A stretch of 64,000 bases of DNA, taken from positions 27,406,001 through 27,470,000 of the forward strand of contig OZ249436.1 of the NCBI GenBank assembly GCA_965235115.1, given 5' to 3'. The notes under the pieces are model-generated. The model was not told the origin of the DNA. It searched no databases and worked only from the letters and a program-made list of their open reading frames with translations. Positions 42,644-53,397 of this stretch are shown piece by piece (position 1 is the stretch's first letter; every line of letters starts with the position of its first letter). Source of the DNA: Laetmonice hystrix. Its lineage: Eukaryota. The translations under genes were made by a program, and so were the position numbers.

Positions 42644-45603
42644 GTGATCTGAGAACATGAAGGTTTTATGTGGGATGAGGTGGGGTGGGGTGAGTATGTG
42701 TGTGCCCGCTCAATAAGTGATCTGAGAACATGAAGGTTTTATGTGGGATGAGGTGGGGGGGGAGTATGTGTGTGCCCGCTCAATAAGTGATCTGAGAACA
42801 TGAAGGTTTTATGTGGGATGAGGTGGGGGGGGGGGGGGGGGTGAGTAGGTGGGTGCTCGCTCAATAAGTGATCTGAGAACATGAAGGTTTTATGTGGGAT
42901 GAGGTGGGGTGGGGTGAGTACGTGGGTGCCCGCTCAATAAGTGATCTGAGAACATGAAGGTTTTATGTGGGATGAGGTGGGGTTGTGTGAGTACGTGGGT
43001 GCCCGCTCAATAAGTGATCTGAGAACATGAAGGTTTTATGTGGGATGAGGTGGGGGGGGGGGGGGGGGGTGAGTAGGTGGGTGCCCGCTCAATAAGTGAT
43101 CTGAGAACATGAAGGTTTTATGTGGGATGAGGTGGGGTGGTGTGAGTACGTGGGTGCCCGCTCAATAAGTGATCTGAGAACATGAAGGTTTTATGTGGGA
43201 TGAGGTGGGGTGGGGTGAGTACGTGGGTGCCCGCTCAATAAGTGATCTGAGAACATGAAGGTTTTATGTGGGATGAGGTGGGGGGGGGGGGTGAGTACGT
43301 GGGTGCCCGCTCAATAAGTGATCTGAGAACATGAAGGTTTTATGTGGGATGAGGTGGGGTGGTGTGAGTACGTGGGTGCCCGCTCAATAAGTGATCTGAG
43401 AACATGAAGGTTTTATGTGGGATGAGGTGGGGGGGGGGGGTGAGTATGTGTGTGCCCGCTCAATAAGTGATCTGAGAACATGAAGGTTTTATGTGGGATG
43501 AGGTGGGGTGGGGTGAGTACGTGGGTGCCCGCTCAATAAGTGATCTGAGAACATGAAGGTTTTATGTGGGATGAGGTGGGGTGGGGTGAGTACGTGGGTG
43601 CCCGCTCAATAAGTGATCTGAGAACATGAAGGTTTTATGTGGGATGAGGTGGGGTGGGGTGAGTAGGTGAGTGCCCGCTCAATAAGTGATCTGAGAACAT
43701 GAAGGTTTTATGTGGGATGAGGTGGGGTGGTGTGAGTACGTGGGTGCCCGCTCAATAAGTGATCTGAGAACATGAAGGTTTTATGTGGGATGAGGTGGGG
43801 TGGTGTGAGTACGTGGGTGCCCGCTCAATAAGTGATCTGAGAACATGAAGGTTTTATGTGGGATGAGGTGGGGTGGTGTGAGTACGTGGGTGCCCGCTCA
43901 ATAAGTGATCTGAGAACATGAAGGTTTTATGTGGGATGAGGTGGGGTGGTGTGAGTACGTGGGTGCCCGCTCAATAAGTGATCTGAGAACATGAAGGTTT
44001 TATGTGGGATGAGGTGGGGGGGGGGGGGGGTGAGTATGTGTGTGCCCGCTCAATAAGTGATCTGAGAACATGAAGGTTTTATGTGGGATGAGGTGGGGTG
44101 GGGTGAGTACGTGGGTGCCCGCTCAATAAGTGATCTGAGAACAGGAAGGTTTTATGTGGGATGAGGTGGGGTGGGGTGAGTACGTGGGTGCCCGCTCAAT
44201 AAGTGATCTGAGAACATGAAGGTTTTATGTGGGATGAGGTGGGGTGGGGTGAGTAGGTGAGTGCCCGCTCAATAAGTGATCTGAGAACATGAAGGTTTTA
44301 TGTGGGATGAGGTGGGGTGGTGTGAGTACGTGGGTGCCCGCTCAATAAGTGATCTGAGAACATGAAGGTTTTATGTGGGATGAGGTGGGGTGGTGTGAGT
44401 ACGTGGGTGCCCGCTCAATAAGTGATCTGAGAACATGAAGGTTTTATGTGGGATGAGGTGGGGTGGTGTGAGTACGTGGGTGCCCGCTCAATAAGTGATC
44501 TGAGAACATGAAGGTTTTATGTGGGATGAGGTGGGGGGGGGGGGGGTGAGTATGTGTGTGCCCGCTCAATAAGTGATCTGAGAACATGAAGGTTTTATGT
44601 GGGATGAGGTGGGGTGGGGTGAGTACGTGGGTGCCCGCTCAATAAGTGATCTGAGAACATGAAGGTTTTATGTGGGATGAGGTGGGGTGGGGTGAGTACG
44701 TGGGTGCCCGCTCAATAAGTGATCTGAGAACATGAAGGTTTTATGTGGGATGAGGTGGGGTGGGGTGAGTAGGTGAGTGCCCGCTCAATAAGTGATCTGA
44801 GAACATGAAGGTTTTATGTGGGATGAGGTGGGGGGAGGGGGGTGAGTAGGTGGGTGCCCGCTCAATAAGTGATCTGAGAACATGAAGGTTTTATGTGGGA
44901 TGAGGTGGGGTGGGGTGAGTAGGTGGGTGCCCGCTCAATAAGTGATCTGAGAACATGAAGGTTTTATGTGGGATGAGGTGGGGTGGGGTGAGTAGGTGGG
45001 TGCCCGCTCAATAAGTGATCTGAGAACATGAAGGTTTTATGTGGGATGAGGTGGGGTGGGGTGAGTAGGTGGGTGCCCGCTCAATAAGTGATCTGAGAAC
45101 ATGAAGGTTTTATGTGGTATGAGGTGGGGTGGGGTGAGTAGGTGGGTGCCCGCTCAATAAGTGATCTGAGAACATGAAGGTTTTATGTGGGATGAGGTGG
45201 GGTGGTGTGAGTACGTGGGTGCCCGCTCAATAAGTGATCTGAGAACATGAAGGTTTTATGTGGGATGAGGTGGGGTGGGGATGAGTACGTGGGTGCCCGC
45301 TCAATAAGTGATCTGAGAACATGAAGGTTTTATGTGGGATGAGGCGGGGTGGGGTGAGTACGTGGGTGCCCGCTCAATAAGTGATCTGAGAACATGAAGG
45401 TTTTATGTGGGATGAGGTGGGGGGTGAGTACGTGGGTGCCCGCTCAATAAGTGATCTGAGAACATGAAGGTTTTATGTGGGATGAGGTGGGGTGGGGATG
45501 AGTACGTGAGTGCCCGCTCAATAAGTGATCTGAGAACATGAAGGTTTTATGTGGGATGAGGTGGGGTGGGGGCAGTACGTGGGTGCCCGCCCGCTCAATA
45601 AGT
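42644..45603. repeat. G-rich minisatellite, ~73-bp unit x ~40, with higher-order structure
   Basis: Unit gtgatctgagaacatgaaggttttatgtgggatgaggtggggtggggtgagtacgtgggtgcccgctcaataa. The G-tract is variable. Confidence 0.98.
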
Positions 45604-47174
45604 AAACCTCCGCCTTCTATGACAAGGTACATGTACGGCGAGGGTGTACACAATTTAGTTCTCAGTTTGACATTAGAAATGAGCTGAAGGAGAAACATGG
45701 CCCAGGAAAATGTTACCCCCCACCCCTGCCCTCACCCCCGCGCCCACCCCCAACCCGATCTATGTTTGTCTGTATCTTCACCTTTCAAACACCTGTATAT
45801 GCCGAGAGAGTGGGTATGTATGTCAGCAGTTACCAGGTGCTACATGAGTCTATTGTCAGTAAAGTAACGGCTTGCTGTGACACCTGAGCGAATTGTTTAC
45901 GATCTTTGCTACATGACAACGACACCCGTTTGGTGAGAGGTCACATGTGGTAAGGAACCTGACTTTTAGCCACTGCTGCTACCTCCAATATCTCTTTATA
46001 TTAGTAGGAGTATAAAGGTACGAGTTGAATAATGAAGAAATCATGTATATTCCGTATGCAGGCGCCAGTATTATCTACCAGTGAAAGGGTTGAATAGCAG
46101 CTGTACCCTCGGTACATTCTATTGCCTTTACAATATGATATAGGGGCAGCTTTTCAGGTTTACGGAGACGTCGACTCAGCATCCAGTATACCCGTAAAGG
46201 ACGAGGCTGCGTAGACCAGGAATTAGTTGTAAAATCTCAGCATTTATATCAAAAGCTGCAGAGAGGCTATAAATGTATAAAACATGCATGTGGAACACCA
46301 GTTTTAAAACCTTCGAATCTTCCTTACTCAAAGTCTGCGTGAAGAGAGTCCCTCTCGTTTGAATGCAATCTATTGAGAGAGTACTAAATTGCGCTGTGTG
46401 TAAGCGGCTGCTGCTGCCAATAGAATGATGGCCCGACTTCATCCTTTTGTCCAGGCAGTAGGGCCGTGCTGGAGGAAACGTCGAGGTTGTCATCAGTAGC
46501 TGGGAGAATGTCAATAATGGAGTCGCTTTATTGTTGTCAAGATACATGACAGTAATATAAAATTGTGGGTGTTGTCATAATAAACCGATCTTTCAGGGTG
46601 GGTGGTCAATCCTCTCCGATACCGCCATGTTGGTCAGTTCTAAGGTGAACCAGCTAACCCCCCTGTAGGGGACATAGAAGATTTAAATAAGCCGTCTTCC
46701 ATTACTTTTATCCATCAGATTATATCGATTGCATTCTCAGCTCTTGTGACGCAGAGTGAAAAACTTCCTTGTTTGAATGGTTGACAGTCTTCTTTTGTTG
46801 AAGTAGAAATTGTCATTCACAGCTATCTCTATAGCTATATGTATTTTTTTTAATTTCATGATTATACACTGGGTTATATCAGTCTTAGACAGGACAATTA
46901 ACAGTGTTGGTCCATTATATTACTTTGATTAAATTGTCGATCAGGCGATTGCCAAGAAGCTACTTAATTGATGATAGGCTTGTAACGGCTGCGTGATCTA
47001 GCTACAGTTTGTGTGTGTAGTTTTTTTTTATTAATTTATTTTTTCAGTGTGAATGAATGACGTGCATGCGGGCATATCTGACTGACTCTCAGCGAAATGT
47101 AGGACAGTTGATGTGAAGAAAAACTCAAATAATTAACAACCGCATACCTCCTGGCGGTAATGGGTTGGAATCGT

Positions 47175-48441
47175 GATAACTACCCTAATGTAGATCAACC
47201 AGAACCCCCCCACCCCTTTCCGATAACTACCCTAATATAGATCAACCAGAACCCCCCCCCCGTCCGATAACTACCCTAATATAGATCAACCAGAACCCCC
47301 CCTTTCCGATAACAACCCTACTATAGGTCAACCAGAACCCCCCCCCCCTTTCCGATAACAACCCTACTATAGGTCAACCAGAACCCCCCCCCCCGTCCGA
47401 TAACTACCCTAATATAGATCAACCAGAACCCCCCCCCCCCTTTCCGATAACAACCCTACTATAGGTCAACCAGAACCCCCCCCCCCTTTCCGATAACAAC
47501 CCTACTATAGGTCAACCAGAACCCCCCCTTTCCGATAACAACCCTACTATAGGTCAACCAGAACCCCCCCCCCCTTTCCGATAACAACCCTACTATAGGT
47601 CAACCAGAACCCCCCCCTTTCCGATAACAACCCTACTATAGGTCAACCAGAACCCCCCCCCTTTCCGATAACAACCCTACTATAGGTCAACCAGAACCCC
47701 CCCCCTTTCCGATAACAACCCTACTATAGGTCAACCAGAACCCCCCCCCGTCCGATACCAACCCTACTATAGGTCAACCAGACCCCCCCCTTCCGATAGC
47801 AACCCTACTATAGGTCAACCAGAACCCCCCCCCCTTCCGATAACAACCCTACTATAGGTCAACCAGAACCCCCCCCCTCCGATAACTACCCTAATATAGA
47901 TCAACCAGAACCCCCCCACCCCTTTCCGATAACTACCCTAATATAGATCAACCAGAACCCCCCCCCCCTTCCGATAACAACCCTACTATAGGTCAACCAG
48001 AACCCCCCCCTTTCCGATAACAACCCTACTATAGGTCAACCAGAACCCCCCCCCCCTTCCGATAACAACCCTACTATAGGTCAACCAGAACCCCCCCCCC
48101 CCTTTCCGATAACAACCCTACTATAGGTCAACCAGAACACCCCCCCCCCCTTCCGATAACAACCCTACTATAGGTCAACCAGAACCCCCCTTCCGATAAC
48201 AACCCTACTATAGGTCAACCAGAACCCCCCCTTCCGATAACAACCCTACTATAGGTCAACCAGAACCCCCCCCCCCCGTCCGATAACAACCCTACTATAG
48301 GTCAACCAGAACCCCCCCCCCCCCCCGTCCGATAACAACCCTACTATAGGTCAACCAGAACCCCCCCCCCCCCCCTTCCGATAACAACCCTACTATAGGT
48401 CAACCAGACCCCCCCCTTCCGATAACAACCCTACTATAGGT
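47175..48441. repeat. Poly-C minisatellite (~44-52-bp unit, ~27 copies), left part of the array interrupted by the LINE
   Basis: Constant ccgataacaaccctactataggtcaaccagaa followed by a variable Cn and tt(t)/gt. A minor variant reads gataactaccctaatatagatcaacc. Confidence 0.97.
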
Positions 48442-48513
48442 TTTTTTTTACATCTTTTATTTATCCTGGATAAATACAGAATCGGCTGACAGCCGTTTTT
48501 CGCTGCACTCCAG
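48441..48513 (-). other. LINE 3' end: predicted stem-loop, AATAAA signal and 8-9 nt poly(A)
   Basis: The minus strand reads CTGGA-GTGCAG-cgaaaaa-CGGCT-gtc-AGCCG-att-CTGTAT-tta-TCCAG-gataAATAAAagatgt-A9. This gives three nested pairings, the middle one with G:U pairs. Confidence 0.7.
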
Positions 48514-48780
48514 TTAACACAATAAACAATCATCCTTTCTGGTTTTCGTGAAGTGAAAGACTAAACAAATAAGGTGTGGGTTTAAGTACAGCTTAAGTAA
48601 AGGTTAGTAACAGCGATACGAAAAAGATAGTATATTTAATAAATGATATGTCGTATGATTCTCGTAAGCTCAGTGAATGGATATATTCCGTATAACAGGA
48701 TTACCTTGTATATATGTATATATGCTACAGAAGAAATAGAAATCCAACATATCCAATACATAGGGATGTTTAAAGAAGTA

Positions 48781-49812
48781 TTAACCCCTATCGGTCACTA
48801 TTGTTGATTTCAACCACCTTTTCTGTAAGCATTTAAAGTGATCTAGCGATTCTAAATTTCTTAAATATGGCTCCAGGCTATTCCACTCTCTGGCACCTTT
48901 CCATGCAATGCTTCTCTCTACACTAGAAAAGTTTGCTCTAAATGTGCTCATAGTAATTCCATCATATAGTCGTGTTCTCCCGGGCATATTAACTAGATAT
49001 CTCTGTTCTCTGCTACGCTTAAACATAAAATTCCTAAGATGCACTGTTCTTCTGTATTTAAGTAAGGGTAGTTGGGATCGTTGAATAAGTTCTGCTCGAG
49101 GTGTCCTATATGTAGTCCCAAGGCAAACTCTGAGTGCACGATATTGTAGCTTATCCAACTTATCCAAAACCTCATTTGTTGAACTCATGTAGAAAATATC
49201 TCCATAATCAATGTATGGTAGAATTTTGGTTTTATAAATGCAAAACGCCACCTTATCTGTAATGTAAGAGCGAATCTTTTGAAGGACATAGATCTTGTGG
49301 GAGGCTAGTTTAAATATATTTTTAGCGTGAAGACTAAAATTCAGTTTATTATCCAAGATTACTCCCAAATATTTAAATTTCTCAACAAAATGGATTAAGT
49401 CCCCGTTTAAAGTTACCTTAGGTAGCTCTGGTGTATTTAGAAATTTTTTACTGCCAAATAACATACATTTAGTTTTTGAAGTGTTAATCGTGAGTTGATT
49501 TTTCTTACACCAAACATTGACAATATTTAAGTCATGCTGGAGTTTTCTATGGGCCTCGTTAATTGAATCTGCACTAGTACATAATGCCCCGTCATCAGCA
49601 AACAAACGAATGTTGCAGTAGGTAAGTCTGTTTCCTATATCGTTTATGTATATCAAAAAGAAAAGTGGTCCTAGAATTGACCCCTGGGGTACACCACAGA
49701 CTATGGGAAGCTTATTTGACACTGCGCCATTGGCCACAACATATTGCTTTCTATTGGTAAGACAGCTTTTAATCCACATTAGTGTTATACCTGAAAGCCC
49801 TACTTTCTCCAT
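48781..49812 (-). pseudogene. LINE ORF2, 3' part: reverse transcriptase core and C-terminal region, in a different frame from the 5' part
   Basis: WIKSCLTNRKQYV, GVPQGSILGPLFFLIYIND, catalytic FADD, WCKKNQLTINTSKTK, FKYLGVILDNKLNF, ILPYIDYG and LQYRALR are typical of CR1/L2-type RT and its C-terminus. Confidence 0.92.
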
Positions 49813-51628
49813 TTCTCCAAGCCTTTTTTAGGTCCACGAATGCCGCCATTGTACAACACGATTCATTCCACTTCATAAAGATTTCATCTGTTAATTTGGC
49901 TACCGCATTGAGTGTGGAACGCCCTGCTCTGAAACCATCCTGATTATCGTTGAGTATATTGTGTATATCAAAAAAGGCCACGATTCTTGACTGAACGATC
50001 TTCTCTAAAAGTTTGCCAGGAAGTGGCAGTAAAGAAATCGGTCTATAGTTACCCACATCAGTATTCTCCCCACCTTTAAAAAGTGGAACAATTTTAGCAA
50101 TTTTCCATGAGTCTGGGAAGATACCTTTAGAGAGTGAGATATTCATCAATCTCGTAATTACTGATGGTATTGCCAAAAAGGCATCCTTGAGGATGCGGGA
50201 AGACAGGTAATCGATAGAAGAAGCTTTGTAAATATTGATATCTTTACATAATTTCATAATCTCGTCTGCATTGGTTTGTATATCCATAATTTTCGATTCT
50301 ACTTCCTCACCGTCAAAGTCCCAATCCTCATTGAACTGCCTTGCTAACACAGGCCCTATGGCAGTAAAATATTCGTTAATAAAATTAGCCGTTTTAGATT
50401 GGTCAATCATATCTCCCGTTTCCTTATTCACTAGATTTATTATACCCTTAGTATTCGTTTTCGGTAGTAGTGTATTTATACAGTCCCAGAATTTCTTAGC
50501 ATCCCCTTCTTTTTCATTTAGCTTTTCTTTAACAAAGTCAGATTTGGCTTTTTTCAAAGCATTCCTTGTGTGGTTTTTCAGTATTCTCGCTCGGTTCCAA
50601 TCTTCCACAGTGTTTGACCGCTTAGCTTTTTTTCTAGCATTTTCTTTGTCATGTATCAGTTCAATGAGTTCTTTTGTCATCCAAGCATCCCCACGGTCTT
50701 TAATTACCATCTTTTTTAGTGGACACATTGAATTGATGCAATCATAGATATTTGTGAGGATCTTATCCCAGTATGCATCAACATTTTCTTCGTTATCGAG
50801 CTCAGCCCAGTTGTACTGTCTTAGTCTCTGTTGAAAAGTTTCATTGTCATAATTAATGTAAGATCTGCCAAAAGTCGTAATTTTGATGAACGTTTCTTTA
50901 CCCTTCTTTCTGGTAACAAAAATAGCTTCATGATCGCTTACTGCTATATTCAGAGTTCGAGAAGTCTTTATGTAGTCTGAGTTCGTAAGGATTAAATCTA
51001 TGCAGCTATTATTTTTAGAGTATCTTGTAACTGCGTTAATTAATTGCTTGAGACCCGTTAGCGCTTCGAGATCCTTCAAGTATTTTCTATTTAAACATTT
51101 CACATCAGAGTAGTCTATATTATAATCTCCAATTATAAATATATCACTTCGGCTTGCATTCGGTAAGCTGTTGATTTTATCAGTTAAAATCTCACAGAAA
51201 GATTTGGCATTTGATTGGGGCGGGCGATACAATACTCCAACAATAATTTTCCTCATATTAGGTATTTTAACCATTAACCACATAAGCTCAATAGCGTCAT
51301 TGCTTACATTTAAATTTTCCAGTTCAGTGGATGAATAGATTAGTTTGTTACTGATATAGGCAGCAACACCTCCCCCTTTTTTCTTGATCCCTGTTCCACT
51401 TACAGTCCAGTTGCGATCAAGTCTAATAATATCGTATCCTTCTAAATTTAATAACTGGTCTGAATGATTAGATGTTAGCCAAGTCTCTGAGAGGGAGAAA
51501 ATATCAAATTTTGAGTCCTTAACATAATACTTAACTAAGTCGAGCTTATTTGATATACTTTGGCAGTTCACATGACAAATATGAAACCCCCTATGTGATG
51601 TTGGATAGCGACAATCTTCATCCTGCAT
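49769..51628 (-). pseudogene. LINE ORF2, 5' part: apurinic-like endonuclease, linker and start of the reverse transcriptase; leaves frame after VDLKKA
   Basis: APE motifs HVNCQS, SETWL, LYRPP, GDYN, IDLIL, SDH. Pre-RT and RT motifs WKIAKIVPLFKG, NYRPISLLPLPGKLLEKIV, QDGFRAGRST, AFVDLKKA. Homology is lost straight after LKKA (~49820). Confidence 0.92.
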
Positions 51629-51966
51629 TATCTAAGTTATACAACTCTATCATAACCAGTCTGAGTTTTGAGACAATAATTATAGTAACGTAATTAGCGA
51701 CTACTTTCGTATCCAAATAACTTATATACAAGGTGCATTCCCCCGTTATCCATAGGTGTATGTGCAGAGACTGCATCCTATGGATTGAATAATTAAATAG
51801 GAGAAGAAAAAGATTTGCTGTGAGGGTTCAGCGGCATACAGTTAGCAAACTACTGTCCGGTATATTCAGGCTAGTAACCAGTCCACTCTGCCTGTTTAAA
51901 GATTAAAGTTACAAATAGTGACTGAAAAGATCCAATCTCACAGTTTCGGTGAACAGCAGACAGTTC

Positions 51967-53226
51967 CTAGCTAGTGCCATCACGTAGCGCTGAAAGTAGT
52001 TTCCCCAAGGTATTTGTTCCTTTGTAGCTACTAGTCTTGAGCAGAGGAGAGGTAATGGAGCACCCAGCTCCCCAATAGGAGTCCGCGGTGGCCTCAACAA
52101 GGTCAAATCCAGCTGTTGCAAGCAGAGCCTCTCGCAGGGCGGGATGCGAGTTGAACTTTGCCATGAGTGCAGTTTGCATTGTGGGTTCCCGGCGATTAAT
52201 CCATGAGGAGCCCTGCTTTATCTTCACTTTATCCCCGAGTTTTTTTATCCTGGCTGGATCGGTGGATTTCATAATGGCGTCTGCGATTTCATCATTACCT
52301 TCATTTAGTGCTTTCAAGTGCTGAAAGGCTTGCTCAACACATAGGTAGGAGTTTCCATTGACAACAATTTCACCCGGGTAAAAGTTGGATAGAGGAGAAT
52401 AGCGCGATGCAAAAGCGATTTCTTTATCATTAACCTTCAGAGTCTTTGCAGAACTGAGTGACAACCTTTCTGGGAGATGATGAAGAGAATTGTAGGAGTA
52501 GCGCTTGCCGTCCACCGTGCAGTGATCAGATTGAGCCTTGGCCTCGATTCCCTTGCTTTTGGCAAAGTTCACCACTGACCTGATCGCTCCCCTCCTTTCC
52601 TTGATTTGGCTCGGTAGATCCTCGTTTATCCAGATCGTGGGGAGACGTCCCTTAAGTTTTGTCCGGGCCATGAACACAGCGTCGCGATCCAGATGGCGGG
52701 GAAAACGAACGAGTATAGAGCGATGGAGTCCTTTGTGAGGTTTGCCTATTCTATGTATTTTGTCTAGGTCTTTGTCGCCTAGGCCAATTCCCAGTTCTTT
52801 GTTAATTAGGTTAAGGATTATGTTGCGCACGTTTTCAGTTTCAGTTTCAGGAACATTGTCAATAAGGAGGTTATGACGACGGCTGTACAACTCCAGTTGA
52901 GTAAAGTCTTCTCTCAACAATGCCAATTCAGCTTCAAAACATGCTGATTTCCTTTTTTCCTTTTCCAGCTCGGTTTTCAAGGAGGTTATATCTTCAACTG
53001 TAGAGCTGTAGCTGGAGTTTAATTTATCAAGTTTATCCGTGACAGATTTAAGTTCATGTTTAACTTCGAGAGAAGAGCTAAGGAGGATGTCAATTTTCTC
53101 TTCCAGAGATGTTGATGCGCCAGTAGGGTTAGTGTTCAGCAGTACCTGTGTATCATTATCGCTGATCACAGAAGAGTTGGTGGATGGAGTGGTTCTCGTA
53201 GACATTCTTCCTCTGCTGTATGCCAT
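51967..53226 (-). CDS. LINE ORF1 protein (419 aa): coiled coil + L1-type RRM + CTD fused to a C-terminal NADAR (YbiA/DUF1768) domain
   Basis: aa ~40-113 are a heptad-rich coil (LEEKIDILL…LKTELEKEKRK…LALLREDFTQLE). aa ~113-205 carry ORF1p RRM hallmarks (YSRRHNLLIDNVPE, IHRIG, RSILVRF, IWINEDL). aa ~205-250 are CTD-like (CTVDGKRY). aa 270-416 carry NADAR motifs in order: LSNFY, VEQAFQHLKA, IKKLG, W…M…AKF, LREALLAT, LVE…DSYWG, GTNTLGKLLSALR. The frame is uninterrupted. Confidence 0.92.
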   Translation of the reverse strand: MAYSRGRMSTRTTPSTNSSVISDNDTQVLLNTNPTGASTSLEEKIDILLSSSLEVKHELKSVTDKLDKLNSSYSSTVEDITSLKTELEKEKRKSACFEAELALLREDFTQLELYSRRHNLLIDNVPETETENVRNIILNLINKELGIGLGDKDLDKIHRIGKPHKGLHRSILVRFPRHLDRDAVFMARTKLKGRLPTIWINEDLPSQIKERRGAIRSVVNFAKSKGIEAKAQSDHCTVDGKRYSYNSLHHLPERLSLSSAKTLKVNDKEIAFASRYSPLSNFYPGEIVVNGNSYLCVEQAFQHLKALNEGNDEIADAIMKSTDPARIKKLGDKVKIKQGSSWINRREPTMQTALMAKFNSHPALREALLATAGFDLVEATADSYWGAGCSITSPLLKTSSYKGTNTLGKLLSALRDGTS

Positions 53227-53397
53227 GCTTACAAGTGTATCACCAGTTGACGTGTGTATCTTGGGGTGCTATAAATACACATGAAACCTCCGCTGCCGGT
53301 GTGACCCATTCAATCAAGTGTGACTGGTTCAGGTATGGTGTGTTGCCCCATGGCCGCCCAGATCCAAGTCAAGGTAATAGCACCTACCAAAAAGTAA

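Larger units (their letters stand above)
48442..53397 (-). mobile_element. Non-LTR retrotransposon (LINE), CR1/L2-like (Jockey group), apparently full length: 5'UTR, ORF1, inter-ORF spacer, ORF2 (APE-RT), 3'UTR, short poly(A)
   Basis: Two minus-strand ORF units with ORF1p-like and APE+RT motifs. T-tract at 48441-48449 (poly-A on the minus strand) preceded by AATAAA. Both ends abut the same minisatellite (…ctactataggt | caaccagaacccc…). The element is AT-rich and non-repetitive, unlike its flanks. Confidence 0.95.

Noticed and set aside
47175..48441. Constant ~32-bp repeat separated by variable segments, next to an RT gene (CRISPR- or retron-like look)
   Set aside because: The 'spacers' are only poly-C of varying length. 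There are no cas genes, and the RT is a eukaryotic LINE type that simply interrupts the array.
50235..53284. Plus-strand ORFs inside the LINE (e.g. 50235..50747, 170 aa)
   Set aside because: They are antisense shadows of ORF1/ORF2 with no recognisable motifs.
53227..53397. HDV-like ribozyme in the LINE 5'UTR
   Set aside because: I could not build the nested double pseudoknot by eye. A covariance-model search would be needed.
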